A DNA stretch of 64,000 nt from Rhodothermales bacterium (GTDB lineage: Bacteria; Bacteroidota; Rhodothermia; Rhodothermales; Bin80). Within the stretch, counting starts at the first letter, position 1, and every line of letters begins with the position of its first letter. This document shows, in pieces, positions 29,481 to 38,929 of the stretch. Position numbers and translations under genes: made by a program. The notes under the pieces are model-generated. The model was not told the DNA's origin. It made no database searches and worked only from the letters and a program-made list of their open reading frames with translations. Location: assembly GCA_022821875.1 (NCBI GenBank), contig JAJECV010000142.1, positions 16,869-80,868 on the forward strand, written 5' to 3'.

Positions 29481-30769
29481 TTCGGGGCGGAAAATTCATC
29501 GTACTGCTCCCGCCGAATATCAATCCCGCATTGGCTGAGCTTGGATTCCAGTTTCTCGTATCCCCGGTCTAAGTGATAGATCCGGCCGACATGTGTAGTC
29601 CCGCTGGCCACCAATCCAGCGAGGACTAGCGATACGCTTGCACGCAGATCCGTACTCATCACGCGTGCACCGGTCAACCGGGCACCTCCGCTGACGGTGA
29701 CCTGATTTCCATTTACGGAGGCCTGCAGCCCCATGCGGGCCAGTTCAGGAATGTGATTGAACCGATCTCCATACACCTGATCGGTGACGGTGGCTTTGCC
29801 GTGTGCACAGGCCAGAAGCACCGTCCACTGTGCCTGCAGGTCTGTCGGGAATCCGGGATAGATTGCCGTGGTAATGGATACAGGGTTTACGGCTTCCGGC
29901 GGCGTTACGATCACCGAACCATTTTCAACGACATATTCAGCCCCGGTTTTTTGGAATGCATCCAGAAAATCATCTCCCAGATGGTCAGGCCGTGTGTGGG
30001 TCAGATGTACGGGTTCGCCCGGTGTACCGGCGATTGCGGCAGCAATCATAAAGGTCCCCAGTTCAATACGATCCGGGCAGTTACTGTAGTCAACGGCCTG
30101 CAATTCTCGAATTCCCTCCACCTCAATCGTCCGTGTTCCGATGCCGCTTAGTTTTGCTCCCATAGCCTGGAGCATTTCACAAAAGACGATCACATCCGGC
30201 TCAATGGCCGCATTCTCAATGCGACTGCCGCCGCTCCCCACGCTGGCCGCCAGAAGCAGGTTGACGGTTGCACCGACGCTGGAGGGATCGAACCGATAGG
30301 ATCCGCCCGGCAGGCCCCCGTGCGGGAGTCTGGCGACCACATACCCTTCATCCAGATCAATGGCAGCCCCCAGCGCCTTCAATCCTTCTAGATGCAGATT
30401 CACCGGGCGGGGCCCCCAGGCACATCCCCCCGGCAGGGAGACGCGTGCCTGTCCACAGCGACCAAGGAGCGCCCCCAGCATGTAGAAAGATGCCCGCATT
30501 TTCTTGACCAGTTCATACGGTGCCTCGGGGAAGCCGATCCGGCTTGCGTCAATCTGGAGGCCGCGGCCTTTACGTTCCACCGAAGCACCCGTAATCCGAA
30601 GCACATGAGAAAAGGTGGTAATGTCACGCAGATGCGGGATATGGTCCAGATGCGTGACTCCGTGAGGCAGAATTGCAGCAGCCATGAGCGGCAATGCAGC
30701 ATTCTTGGACGCGCTGACAGGGAGCGTACCGCAAAGCGGCGGTCCCCCGTGAATGACAAGTTTTTCCAT
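29471..30769 (-). CDS. murA: UDP-N-acetylglucosamine 1-carboxyvinyltransferase
   Basis: 'MEKLVIHGGPPLCGTLPVSASKNAALPLMAAAIL' and full-length EPSP-synthase-fold similarity. Length 432 aa. Confidence 0.9.
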   Translation of the reverse strand: MEKLVIHGGPPLCGTLPVSASKNAALPLMAAAILPHGVTHLDHIPHLRDITTFSHVLRITGASVERKGRGLQIDASRIGFPEAPYELVKKMRASFYMLGALLGRCGQARVSLPGGCAWGPRPVNLHLEGLKALGAAIDLDEGYVVARLPHGGLPGGSYRFDPSSVGATVNLLLAASVGSGGSRIENAAIEPDVIVFCEMLQAMGAKLSGIGTRTIEVEGIRELQAVDYSNCPDRIELGTFMIAAAIAGTPGEPVHLTHTRPDHLGDDFLDAFQKTGAEYVVENGSVIVTPPEAVNPVSITTAIYPGFPTDLQAQWTVLLACAHGKATVTDQVYGDRFNHIPELARMGLQASVNGNQVTVSGGARLTGARVMSTDLRASVSLVLAGLVASGTTHVGRIYHLDRGYEKLESKLSQCGIDIRREQYDEFSAPNQG

Positions 30770-31233
30770 GATCAGTCAGAATTTTTCGTACGGCAATATC
30801 CTGGGTGGAGATACGCCGTCTTGAATTAAATTATACGCTCAGAATGTCCAGTGAAATTACCGTTCCGGAGAGATTCGTAACGTCTTCATGGGATATTTCC
30901 ATGTGCACATCCGTTACAGTCCGTATCGGGGAGCTGGTTCCGATATCGGTATTCATTCCAAATTCTCCCGTTCAACGCTGTTCAAAGCAATTGAGTGCAC
31001 ATTCGGGTGGCATTTTATTAAAGTCGGATACGATGGCATTTGAATCGAATTCCCGGTTCACCGTAAAATGGGGAATGACCACCCGGCCGGGTAGAGGAAA
31101 TTCGCTGGATGAACCTGAAATTTAATCAATCAATCGGCACGGACCCGTGCAGACATTTCCCGGATGGAACAAAGATGTTGAGATCCGATGGGGACGCATT
31201 TTGTAACAGGCTCATGGAGCAACTGATCCAACG

Positions 31234-32415
31234 ATGAAGCGAAGTGATTCCAAACCTGCGCCCGTCTATATGGATTATGCGGCGACTACCCCCCTGGATC
31301 CCGCGGTCATGGCCGCGATGCAGCCGTATTATACGCACAATTTTGGCAATGCATCCTCGGTACATTCTCTTGGCAGATCTGTGCGAGGCGCCATTGAGGA
31401 GAGCCGTGAGAGGATTGCCGCATATCTCCATGCAAAACCGGAAGAAATTATCTTCACCAGCGGGGCCACCGAAGCGAATAACCTCGCATGCAATCTGTTG
31501 GGAGCACAAGAACACCTGATCACATCAAGTATTGAACATAAAGCGGTCCTGGAACCGGTGAAAGTACTGGAGGCCTGTGGAGTTCAGGTAACCCGTCTGG
31601 TGCCTGATCTAGAAACAGGATCCCTGACGCGGTGCCAGATTGCTGATGCCGTCGGCCCGGATACGCGCATGATCTCGGTCATGTATGTGAATAACGAAAC
31701 CGGTGCGGTGACACCGCTGGAAGAGATTTCCACGCTCCGTGATGAGCATGACCTCCTTCTGCATACCGATGCAGCACAGGCGGCAGCATGGCTTCCGCTC
31801 AATGTGGATCAACTCGGAGTGGACCTGATGTCCCTTTCGGCCCACAAGATGTATGGCCCCAAAGGGGCGGGGCTCCTCTATGTCCGGGACCGTGTGCAAC
31901 TCATCCCGCAGATTCTTGGCGGCTCACAGGAGCGGGGGCGCAGAGGGGGGACTGAAAATGTTGCCGCCGTGATTGGAATGGCAGCGGCCATGGGCCTGAT
32001 TGAAAAAAACAGGGATACACATGCAGCTCGCATCCGGCAACTCCGGCAGGATCTGCAGGCACAGCTGCTTGCTGCAATTGGAGATCAGCTGGTCATCAGC
32101 ACACCGACCAATGCCGCGCCTCACATCCTCAGTGTTGCATTCAAGCCGGCAAATGGACATCCAATGGACGGGGAGATGCTGCTTCTGAACATGGATTTAG
32201 AAGGTGTTTATGCCTCTGCCGGTTCTGCCTGTACCAGCGGGGCAATTACCCCGAGCCATGTCCTGCTTGAATTGGGGATCCCTGAAGTTACTGCCCGTGC
32301 ATCATTACGGCTGTCACTTGGCCGTCCAACCGGTGCAGAGGACATCCGCAGGACCGTGGATTGTATCGATAAGGTGGTAAGACACATGCAGGCACGGAGA
32401 CAGCATGAAGGGTAA
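31234..32415 (+). CDS. Cysteine desulfurase (class V aminotransferase, IscS/NifS-like)
   Basis: 'YMDYAATTP', the PLP-lysine segment 'SAHKMYGPKG' and the active-site 'SAGSACTSG'. Confidence 0.85.
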   Translation: MKRSDSKPAPVYMDYAATTPLDPAVMAAMQPYYTHNFGNASSVHSLGRSVRGAIEESRERIAAYLHAKPEEIIFTSGATEANNLACNLLGAQEHLITSSIEHKAVLEPVKVLEACGVQVTRLVPDLETGSLTRCQIADAVGPDTRMISVMYVNNETGAVTPLEEISTLRDEHDLLLHTDAAQAAAWLPLNVDQLGVDLMSLSAHKMYGPKGAGLLYVRDRVQLIPQILGGSQERGRRGGTENVAAVIGMAAAMGLIEKNRDTHAARIRQLRQDLQAQLLAAIGDQLVISTPTNAAPHILSVAFKPANGHPMDGEMLLLNMDLEGVYASAGSACTSGAITPSHVLLELGIPEVTARASLRLSLGRPTGAEDIRRTVDCIDKVVRHMQARRQHEG

Positions 32416-33058
32416 GGCGCTGATTGTCTTTGCCCGATCTCCCCGTTCCGGTCCGGTAAAATCCAGGCTGACCAAACTGATTTCGGGGGAAGAGGCAACC
32501 GAACTCTATCAGATGTTTCTGATGGATAGTCTGGAGCAGTATGCATCTCTGAATGTAGCAGTGCGTCTCTATATGTCGGATGGCATCCCTCCCGATGTGC
32601 CTGTTTGCGGGGCAACGCTCCATCAACAGCGCGGAAACGGACTCGGGCCGCGTATGCAGCATGCTTTCCGGGAGACCGCCGAAGCGGGATACCGGCAAAT
32701 GGTCATCATCGGAACGGATCATCCGACCCTGCCGGATACATTTCTTTATGATGCGTTTCAGGCATTATCCAGTCCGCCGGCGGTGTGCATTGGTCCTGCA
32801 GAGGACGGGGGGTATTATCTTTTAGGGATGAATCCACTGATTGACGGCTTATTTAACGGGATGACCTACAGCCGGCCGGACGTTTTTGAGAAGACCTTGA
32901 TGCGGATGTATCAATCCGGGGCGAACGTCGTTCAACTGCCGAAGTGGTACGATGTAGATACACCGGATGACTTGCGCCGGCTGGCTTCAGAAGAAGAAAC
33001 CGTGCCCGTGAATACGCTGAATATCCTAAAGCAGTTAAAAGCAAAATACGACATCTAA
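32405..33058 (+). CDS. DUF2064 / TIGR04282-type glycosyltransferase-like protein
   Basis: N-terminus 'ALIVFARSPRSGPVKSRL' and mid-region 'IIGTDHP...GPAEDGGYYLLG', as in the DUF2064 family. Confidence 0.65.
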   Translation: MKGKALIVFARSPRSGPVKSRLTKLISGEEATELYQMFLMDSLEQYASLNVAVRLYMSDGIPPDVPVCGATLHQQRGNGLGPRMQHAFRETAEAGYRQMVIIGTDHPTLPDTFLYDAFQALSSPPAVCIGPAEDGGYYLLGMNPLIDGLFNGMTYSRPDVFEKTLMRMYQSGANVVQLPKWYDVDTPDDLRRLASEEETVPVNTLNILKQLKAKYDI

Positions 33059-33117
33059 GTGCTTGACGGCTTAAGTGCAGATGCAGCAATCTAAAAATAA
33101 AAGATCCGCTCTGATCC

Positions 33118-34047
33118 GTGAATCATTCGCATAATCATACGGTTAGCGTTTTTGGATCCGCCTCATTATCTAATCTGGGGCCGGGCTTTGACACGCTGGG
33201 GCTGTGCATCAAGGGGATCGGAGATATCATTGATGCACGGTTTTCCGCGGAGCCGGGAATCACGATCACCTCCGAGGCCCCCATTCCTCTGGAAGCCAAA
33301 AACAATACGGCAGGCCGTGCAGCGCATCTGGTGATGACCAAAGCTGCGGATAAGCGGGGACTGCATCTGCATATCAAAAAAGGGATCCCGATTGGATCGG
33401 GCATCGGGGGATCGGCGGCCAGTGCTTCCGCAGGCGCATGGGCGGCAAACCTTCTTTTAGGCAGGCCATTTACTAAAAATGAACTGGCGTATGAGGTGCT
33501 GGAGGCGGAGCGCCTCGCCAGCGGTGGAACGCTTCATGGAGATAATGCCCTGCCGTCCCTGCTGGGAGGACTCATCCTGACATCTCCCGTCAAACCGCTG
33601 GACTACCGGCGTATCGAATTAACAAGCCCCATGCATCTGGTGGTTGTCCTGCCGAAAAGAACGATCCTCACAGCAGATGCACGAACGATCCTGCCCCGGG
33701 TGGTGCCAAGGCTGGAGGCCGTGCATAATGCGAGTGATCTGGCATTTATGCTGCATTCGTTAATGACGGGAGACTGGGATACCCTTGCCCCCTACATGAT
33801 GCGGGACCGTATCGTAGAGCCGGCGCGGGCAAGCCTGGTTCCCTGCTATACGAAGGTGCGTAAAGCCGCACTGGATGCCGGCGCATGCGCGGTGGCATTA
33901 ACCGGATCCGGACCTGCGATGTTTGCGATTATGAAAGATGCCGAGTCGGGATCCGCAATCTGCAGTGCAATGGTGAACGCGGCGGGAGAGGGCGCAAAAG
34001 GGATCGTTACGCAGGCAGATATGCATGGTGTCCGACCATGCAGCTGA
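33118..34047 (+). CDS. thrB: Homoserine kinase (GHMP family)
   Basis: 'NLGPGFDTLG' and the GHMP motif 'PIGSGIGGSAASASAG'. GTG start. It is followed by thrC. Confidence 0.85.
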   Translation: MNHSHNHTVSVFGSASLSNLGPGFDTLGLCIKGIGDIIDARFSAEPGITITSEAPIPLEAKNNTAGRAAHLVMTKAADKRGLHLHIKKGIPIGSGIGGSAASASAGAWAANLLLGRPFTKNELAYEVLEAERLASGGTLHGDNALPSLLGGLILTSPVKPLDYRRIELTSPMHLVVVLPKRTILTADARTILPRVVPRLEAVHNASDLAFMLHSLMTGDWDTLAPYMMRDRIVEPARASLVPCYTKVRKAALDAGACAVALTGSGPAMFAIMKDAESGSAICSAMVNAAGEGAKGIVTQADMHGVRPCS

Positions 34048-34051
34048 ACAC

Positions 34052-35302
34052 ATGAGATACCTAAGTACGCGGGGGAACGTACAGGCCGTTGACTTTTCGA
34101 CGGCCTTATTGCAGGGGCTGGCCCCTGATGGCGGACTCTATGTTCCGGAAAAACTCCCGGCAATTGAGCCGCAGACATGGAAATCCGCAACAGATTTTCC
34201 GGCGATGGCAGCCCGGATACTCACGCCATGGCTGGCCCATGAAATTCCTGATAGGATACTGGCATCGGTACTTGATCAGGCACTTAATTTTCCTGTCCCT
34301 CTGATCAAAGTGGGCCGTGCATGGGTTCTGGAACTCTTTCACGGCCCGACCCTTTCGTTCAAGGATTTTGGTGCACGTACGATGTCACGTCTCATGAATC
34401 ACTTCGTCAAGGAGGATCCGCTTACGATACTGGTCGCCACCTCGGGGGATACCGGAAGTGCGGTGGCAGACGGCTTTGGGAATCTTCCGAATCTGCGGGT
34501 CGCGGTGCTGTACCCGAAAGGCCAGGTCAGTGCAACCCAGGAGAAACAACTCATTGTACGACGCAGGGGAGTACGCGCCTTTGCGGTCAGTGGCACCTTT
34601 GACGACTGTCAGGCAATGGTCAAGGCACTTCTTGTTTGCCCCGGCAGGCTGCGCCTGTCTGCCGCAAACTCCATCAATGTAGGGCGCCTTTTGCCTCAAA
34701 TGCTCTACTATTACTGGGCGTTTGCCCAGGGGCAGTGGGATGCGGCAGATGTATGTGTTCCCTGTGGCAACCTTGGAAATCTGACGGCAGGGGTACTTGC
34801 TTCGCTTTGCGGGCTTCCGGTACGTAAATTCGTGGCTGCCCATAATGCAAATGATGGATATCCAAAATTCCTGGCCGGGCACAGGGATGCGTTTGGGGAA
34901 TCTATCCGAACCTTGTCGAATGCGATGGATGTAGGCCGGCCGAGTAACTTTGAGCGCCTCAAATTTTTATTGCCCGAAGATAAGATGCGCTGCAGAATTC
35001 AAGGCAGTTCATGTTCGGATGAGAATACGCTGACCTCCATCCGGCGCGTCTACGAGGAAACCGGCTATATGGCGGACCCGCATACCGCGGTGGCACTTGC
35101 CGCTGCAGGGGATCAGACGGATCCGGTGGTCGTTCTGTCAACGGCGCATCCTGCTAAATTTCCAGATACCGTGAAGCTTGCATTAGGGCATGCTCCCCGT
35201 TCCGTCCCTGCATTGACGGGGCTGGAGTCCATGCCGATTCGGGTTCAATCCCTTGAACCAACACCGGATGCACTCCGTTTGAGTCTGGAATCCTGGAATT
35301 AA
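34052..35302 (+). CDS. thrC: Threonine synthase
   Basis: 'MRYLSTRG', 'GLAPDGGLYVPE' and the PLP-lysine segment 'TLSFKDFG'. I placed the start at ATG 34052, after the thrB stop. Confidence 0.85.
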   Translation: MRYLSTRGNVQAVDFSTALLQGLAPDGGLYVPEKLPAIEPQTWKSATDFPAMAARILTPWLAHEIPDRILASVLDQALNFPVPLIKVGRAWVLELFHGPTLSFKDFGARTMSRLMNHFVKEDPLTILVATSGDTGSAVADGFGNLPNLRVAVLYPKGQVSATQEKQLIVRRRGVRAFAVSGTFDDCQAMVKALLVCPGRLRLSAANSINVGRLLPQMLYYYWAFAQGQWDAADVCVPCGNLGNLTAGVLASLCGLPVRKFVAAHNANDGYPKFLAGHRDAFGESIRTLSNAMDVGRPSNFERLKFLLPEDKMRCRIQGSSCSDENTLTSIRRVYEETGYMADPHTAVALAAAGDQTDPVVVLSTAHPAKFPDTVKLALGHAPRSVPALTGLESMPIRVQSLEPTPDALRLSLESWN

Positions 35303-35306
35303 CGGA

Positions 35307-36008
35307 ATGCCCCCTTTTGCTCCATCGGACTGGCCGCGAAATGAATTGCGAGAGGCAGCAGAAGTGCTTTGGCGCTGGCATTATGCCGTGCGGGCCGGTG
35401 CACCGTCGCAGATCCAACGCAATCGTGCCCACCGTGTGTGCGAGAAGTTCAAGTTACCGGTTCATCTGGTGGATGCGCAGTTTCGTGAGGACGGATTTCC
35501 TGTGATCCGGGCCATGACCGATCTTTTTGATTATGGGGACCGCCTGGCAGGCAGTCATGCACTGCTTTTGGCCAAGTTGGCGGGATATACTGCAAACTGG
35601 ATTGAGGATCCAGTCCGGCAGTTTGGGCGGGCCGTCTTTCTGACACGCTCCCTTTGCCTGCTCAAAGAGGACCTTCAGTCAGGACGGCATTTTATCCCGC
35701 TGGATGGACTACACAATAAGCGTGTGGCCCATGCAGATCTGATGCACGGGCGGCTTTCCGATGGACTTCGGTCCGTATTATGGAAACAGATCGTTTATGC
35801 GAGAGATGCCTATGCTTCATGCAGAGCACTAAACCATGACCTCAGTGGATGGTGCAGACGACGGTTCCGGATTTACTGGGCAGGCGGGCTCCACCTCCTG
35901 GCACGTATTGAATCACGAAAGTTTGATGTCTGGTCAAAGCCGGTCAAACTTACCTTGCTACACAAAACACGCATATATTTAAGGGCCCATACAGGGAAAA
36001 CAATTTGA
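35307..36008 (+). CDS. Short squalene/phytoene-synthase-like protein (divergent)
   Basis: 'LLKEDLQSGRHFIPLD' resembles the '(D)xxED..GR.YLP' region and 'RAMTDLFDYGD' may be a degenerate first Asp-rich motif. It is only 233 aa. Weak call. Confidence 0.35.
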   Translation: MPPFAPSDWPRNELREAAEVLWRWHYAVRAGAPSQIQRNRAHRVCEKFKLPVHLVDAQFREDGFPVIRAMTDLFDYGDRLAGSHALLLAKLAGYTANWIEDPVRQFGRAVFLTRSLCLLKEDLQSGRHFIPLDGLHNKRVAHADLMHGRLSDGLRSVLWKQIVYARDAYASCRALNHDLSGWCRRRFRIYWAGGLHLLARIESRKFDVWSKPVKLTLLHKTRIYLRAHTGKTI

Positions 36009-37006
36009 TGACAGTCTATAAGGATGCAGGTGTGGATATACAGGCGGCGGATGAGGCGCTAAAGCGCTTGAAGCCACTCATCCGCTCAACGCACACTCCC
36101 GGAGTAATCCGGGATGTCGGGGCGTTTGGCGGATTCTTTCAACTCGACATTTCCGTGTACCGGCAGCCCATACTGGTTTCCTCCATTGACGGGGTGGGGA
36201 CAAAGGTGAAGGTGGCGGTCAAAGCAGGGGTGCATGATACGGTGGGGGAAGATTTGGTGAATCATTGCATCAACGATATTGCGGTGTGCGGGGCAGAGCC
36301 GATGTATTTTCTTGATTATTTTGCGGCGGGGGAATTATCTGCTGAAATTTTGGAGGCCGTGGTTAAGGGGATGGTCCGGGGATGCAAACATGCCGGTATC
36401 GCCTTGATTGGAGGTGAGACAGCGGAGATGCCCGACTTGTACTCGCTCACCGACTACGATCTGGCGGGGGTCATCGTAGGCCTGGTGGACAAGGAGGCAA
36501 TCATCGACGGGAGCAGGATTCAGAAGGGGGACCAGCTCTGGGGGATCCCCTCCTCCGGGCTTCATACCAACGGCTATTCCCTTGCACGCAAGGTGCTCCT
36601 GGGAACCCTGTCAGGATACCGGCTGGACGAACGGCCCCAGGAACTGGACGGAAAAAGTATTCAGGAAGAATTATTGAGCATCCACAGGTGTTATCTACAT
36701 TTGATCCGTGATCTGAAAGAGGATGCACATGCCTTTGTTCATGTGACCGGCGGCGGCATTGAGGGCAACACACGTCGCCTGCTTCCCGATGGACTCCAGA
36801 TTCGGGTGGATTATGAAAATTGGGAGCGTCCGCCTGTCTTCAGACTTATTCAGAAGCGGGGGGCAGTTCCCGAAGACGACATGCGGGAGACCTTTAACCT
36901 GGGAATTGGGTTGATTGTGATTGCGCCTCCATCGGCCGAAAAGGAGATCCGGCAGATTGCAGCGGTGCATCATGAGAGGATCATCGCAGTGGGAACCGTA
37001 TATTAG
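36005..37006 (+). CDS. purM: Phosphoribosylformylglycinamidine cyclo-ligase (AIR synthetase)
   Basis: 'SIDGVGTKVK', 'DLVNHCINDI' and 'LIGGETAEMP'. Confidence 0.9.
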   Translation: MMTVYKDAGVDIQAADEALKRLKPLIRSTHTPGVIRDVGAFGGFFQLDISVYRQPILVSSIDGVGTKVKVAVKAGVHDTVGEDLVNHCINDIAVCGAEPMYFLDYFAAGELSAEILEAVVKGMVRGCKHAGIALIGGETAEMPDLYSLTDYDLAGVIVGLVDKEAIIDGSRIQKGDQLWGIPSSGLHTNGYSLARKVLLGTLSGYRLDERPQELDGKSIQEELLSIHRCYLHLIRDLKEDAHAFVHVTGGGIEGNTRRLLPDGLQIRVDYENWERPPVFRLIQKRGAVPEDDMRETFNLGIGLIVIAPPSAEKEIRQIAAVHHERIIAVGTVY

Positions 37007-37020
37007 TTCATATCTTAACT

Positions 37021-37062
37021 TACGGTTACAGTGCTGTAACCGCCGTAAATATTTGATTTTTC
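37021..37062 (+). terminator. Rho-independent terminator after purM
   Basis: ttacggttacag-tg-ctgtaacc(gcc)gtaa forms a 12-bp stem with a 3-nt bulge, followed by tatttgattttt. Confidence 0.65.
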
Positions 37063-37746
37063 ATGGGATCGCTTACTCTGATCTTGTTACTGAGTTATTT
37101 TGCGGGATCCATTCCCGGCAGTGTATGGGTGGGACAATTGCTCTACGGGGTGGATGTGCGCAGGCATGGAAGCCTGAATGCAGGGGCAACGAATGTCTTC
37201 CGGGTGCTGGGCTGGAAAGCAGGCATCCTGTCAACCGTTGTTGATGTCGGGAAGGGGTTGTTGGCCGCCGGTGTGATTGCGACCATCCGTATTGATGAAC
37301 TTCCGTCAGGATTCGCATTCTGGCAGGTGGAATCGGTCATTCGCCTGTTGGCTGGAATCGCGGCGATCGTTGGCCATATGCTACCGGTCTGGGCCCGTTT
37401 TCAAGGCGGCAAAGGGGTCAACACCGCCGCGGGGGTTCTATTTGCAATTACCCCGAAGACGATGTGGATTGTGATCGGAATTTTCATGCTGGTGCTGTTC
37501 GGATCAAGGTATGTGTCTCTGGCAAGTATGATTGCAGCATTGACGTTCCCGGCGACCGTGGCCATCCGAATGTTTGTTTTTGATATTGAGGCACTGGACC
37601 GGAGTCTGCTCTTATTTGGCAGTATCTTCGCACTTGCCATTGTTTATGCGCACCGGAGCAATATCCAGCGACTTCTTGCCGGCACGGAGAGTAAGGTGCA
37701 GAATTTCCGGCTGGCCCATGGCATGCGCGGGCGGGGTGAATTGTAG
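37063..37746 (+). CDS. plsY: Glycerol-3-phosphate acyltransferase PlsY
   Basis: 'GSIPGSVWVG', 'GSLNAGATNVFRVLG' and 'FQGGKGV'. Confidence 0.9.
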   Translation: MGSLTLILLLSYFAGSIPGSVWVGQLLYGVDVRRHGSLNAGATNVFRVLGWKAGILSTVVDVGKGLLAAGVIATIRIDELPSGFAFWQVESVIRLLAGIAAIVGHMLPVWARFQGGKGVNTAAGVLFAITPKTMWIVIGIFMLVLFGSRYVSLASMIAALTFPATVAIRMFVFDIEALDRSLLLFGSIFALAIVYAHRSNIQRLLAGTESKVQNFRLAHGMRGRGEL

Positions 37747-37760
37747 CCGCAACTAGTTGC

Positions 37761-38780
37761 ATGCCGCGTGCAATCTCTGTTTTTGGTGCGGGCAGCTGGG
37801 GCACCGCGCTGTCGGTGAGCCTGTCTGGCGGGGGACACGCAGTTACACTCTGGGCACGGAGACAGGAGTTGGCGAGTGCGATTCAGCGTGAGGGGGGCAA
37901 CCCCGAATATCTGCCGGAAATCTCTGTTCCGGCATCGATAACTGCAACCTCGGATCTTGCATTCGCGGCGCAGCGGGCAGATTGCTGGGTAATTGCAACG
38001 CCATCCCATGCCGTGCGCAGGATTGCGACCGATCTGCGCCCCTTCTGTAATCCAGAGACTTTGCTGATTTCGGTTGCCAAGGGGATTGAGTCCGGGACGG
38101 GACAGACGACCACCGCGGTGCTCTCCGATGTTGTCAGCCCGCCTGTTCCCCGGGGGAATCTGGTAGCGCTGTACGGGCCGAGCCATGCCGAAGAAGTTGG
38201 CACCCGGAAACCAACTGCCCTGGTTGCTGCATCCACCGATATGCGGCAGGCCGAAACAGTGCAGGAAATTTTTATGACGGACCGACTCAGGATTTACGTG
38301 AACAGTGATGTGAGGGGAGTTGAGATTGGGGGAAGTGTAAAAAATATCATGGCAATTGCATCGGGAATCAGTGACGGGGTGGGCTATGGAGATAATGCCA
38401 GAGCGGCGCTCATCACCCGGGGAATTGCGGAGATCCAGCGTCTGGGAAACGCACTGGGGGCCAACCCCCAGACCTTTACCGGTTTGACCGGTCTGGGCGA
38501 TCTGGTCGTTACGTGTACCAGTCGACACAGTCGGAATCGTGATCTTGGAGAAAAAATCGGGCGTGGAGCAAATCTCGCTGAGGTGACAAACTCCATGAGC
38601 ATGGTCGCCGAAGGGGTCAAGACTACCGAAGCGGTACACCGGATGGCACGGCACCTCGGCATTGAGATGCCGATCACAGCGGCGGTATACGGGATTCTTT
38701 TTGAGGGGAAGCGGCCCCGTGATATGGTTCAACAGTTAATGACACGATCCGCAAAACAAGAAGAGTGGCTGCAGGTTTAG
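37761..38780 (+). CDS. gpsA: NAD(P)H-dependent glycerol-3-phosphate dehydrogenase
   Basis: 'VFGAGSWGTAL', 'NPEYLP', 'GSVKNIMAIASG' and 'RNRDLGEKIG'. Confidence 0.9.
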   Translation: MPRAISVFGAGSWGTALSVSLSGGGHAVTLWARRQELASAIQREGGNPEYLPEISVPASITATSDLAFAAQRADCWVIATPSHAVRRIATDLRPFCNPETLLISVAKGIESGTGQTTTAVLSDVVSPPVPRGNLVALYGPSHAEEVGTRKPTALVAASTDMRQAETVQEIFMTDRLRIYVNSDVRGVEIGGSVKNIMAIASGISDGVGYGDNARAALITRGIAEIQRLGNALGANPQTFTGLTGLGDLVVTCTSRHSRNRDLGEKIGRGANLAEVTNSMSMVAEGVKTTEAVHRMARHLGIEMPITAAVYGILFEGKRPRDMVQQLMTRSAKQEEWLQV

Positions 38781-38895
38781 GAACCCGGATGCGTACAAAT
38801 ACACCTGTGCCTGCTTCCAGTTGACACCCTATTTGTTGTGATACGTATCATTTGGAGTGGTGCGCAGCGGGGGATTGGGAATTGTTTGTTCTCCG

Positions 38896-38912
38896 TTGAA
38901 TCATTGATTCAA
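38896..38912. promoter_or_regulatory. Palindrome ttgaatca-t-tgattcaa, 18 nt upstream of the AlbA_2/wHTH gene
   Basis: The 8-bp arms were verified as reverse complements. It is a candidate autoregulatory operator. Confidence 0.3.
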
Positions 38913-38929
38913 AACAGTGACTCGCAGCC

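Noticed and set aside
30805-31125. 106-aa plus-strand ORF between murA and the desulfurase gene
   Set aside because: It has a non-ATG start and no motifs, and it lies in a divergent promoter region. The evidence is insufficient.
35241-35252. tRNA T-arm-like string gggttcaatccc
   Set aside because: The flanking bases do not form the T-stem (tcggg versus ccttg), and no acceptor or anticodon arms are present. It lies inside the thrC coding sequence.
37644-38732. 362-aa minus-strand ORF
   Set aside because: It lies entirely antisense to the well-supported plsY and gpsA genes. Its product is Arg/Pro/Cys/Gly-rich with no motifs, which is the typical shadow ORF of a GC-biased coding strand.
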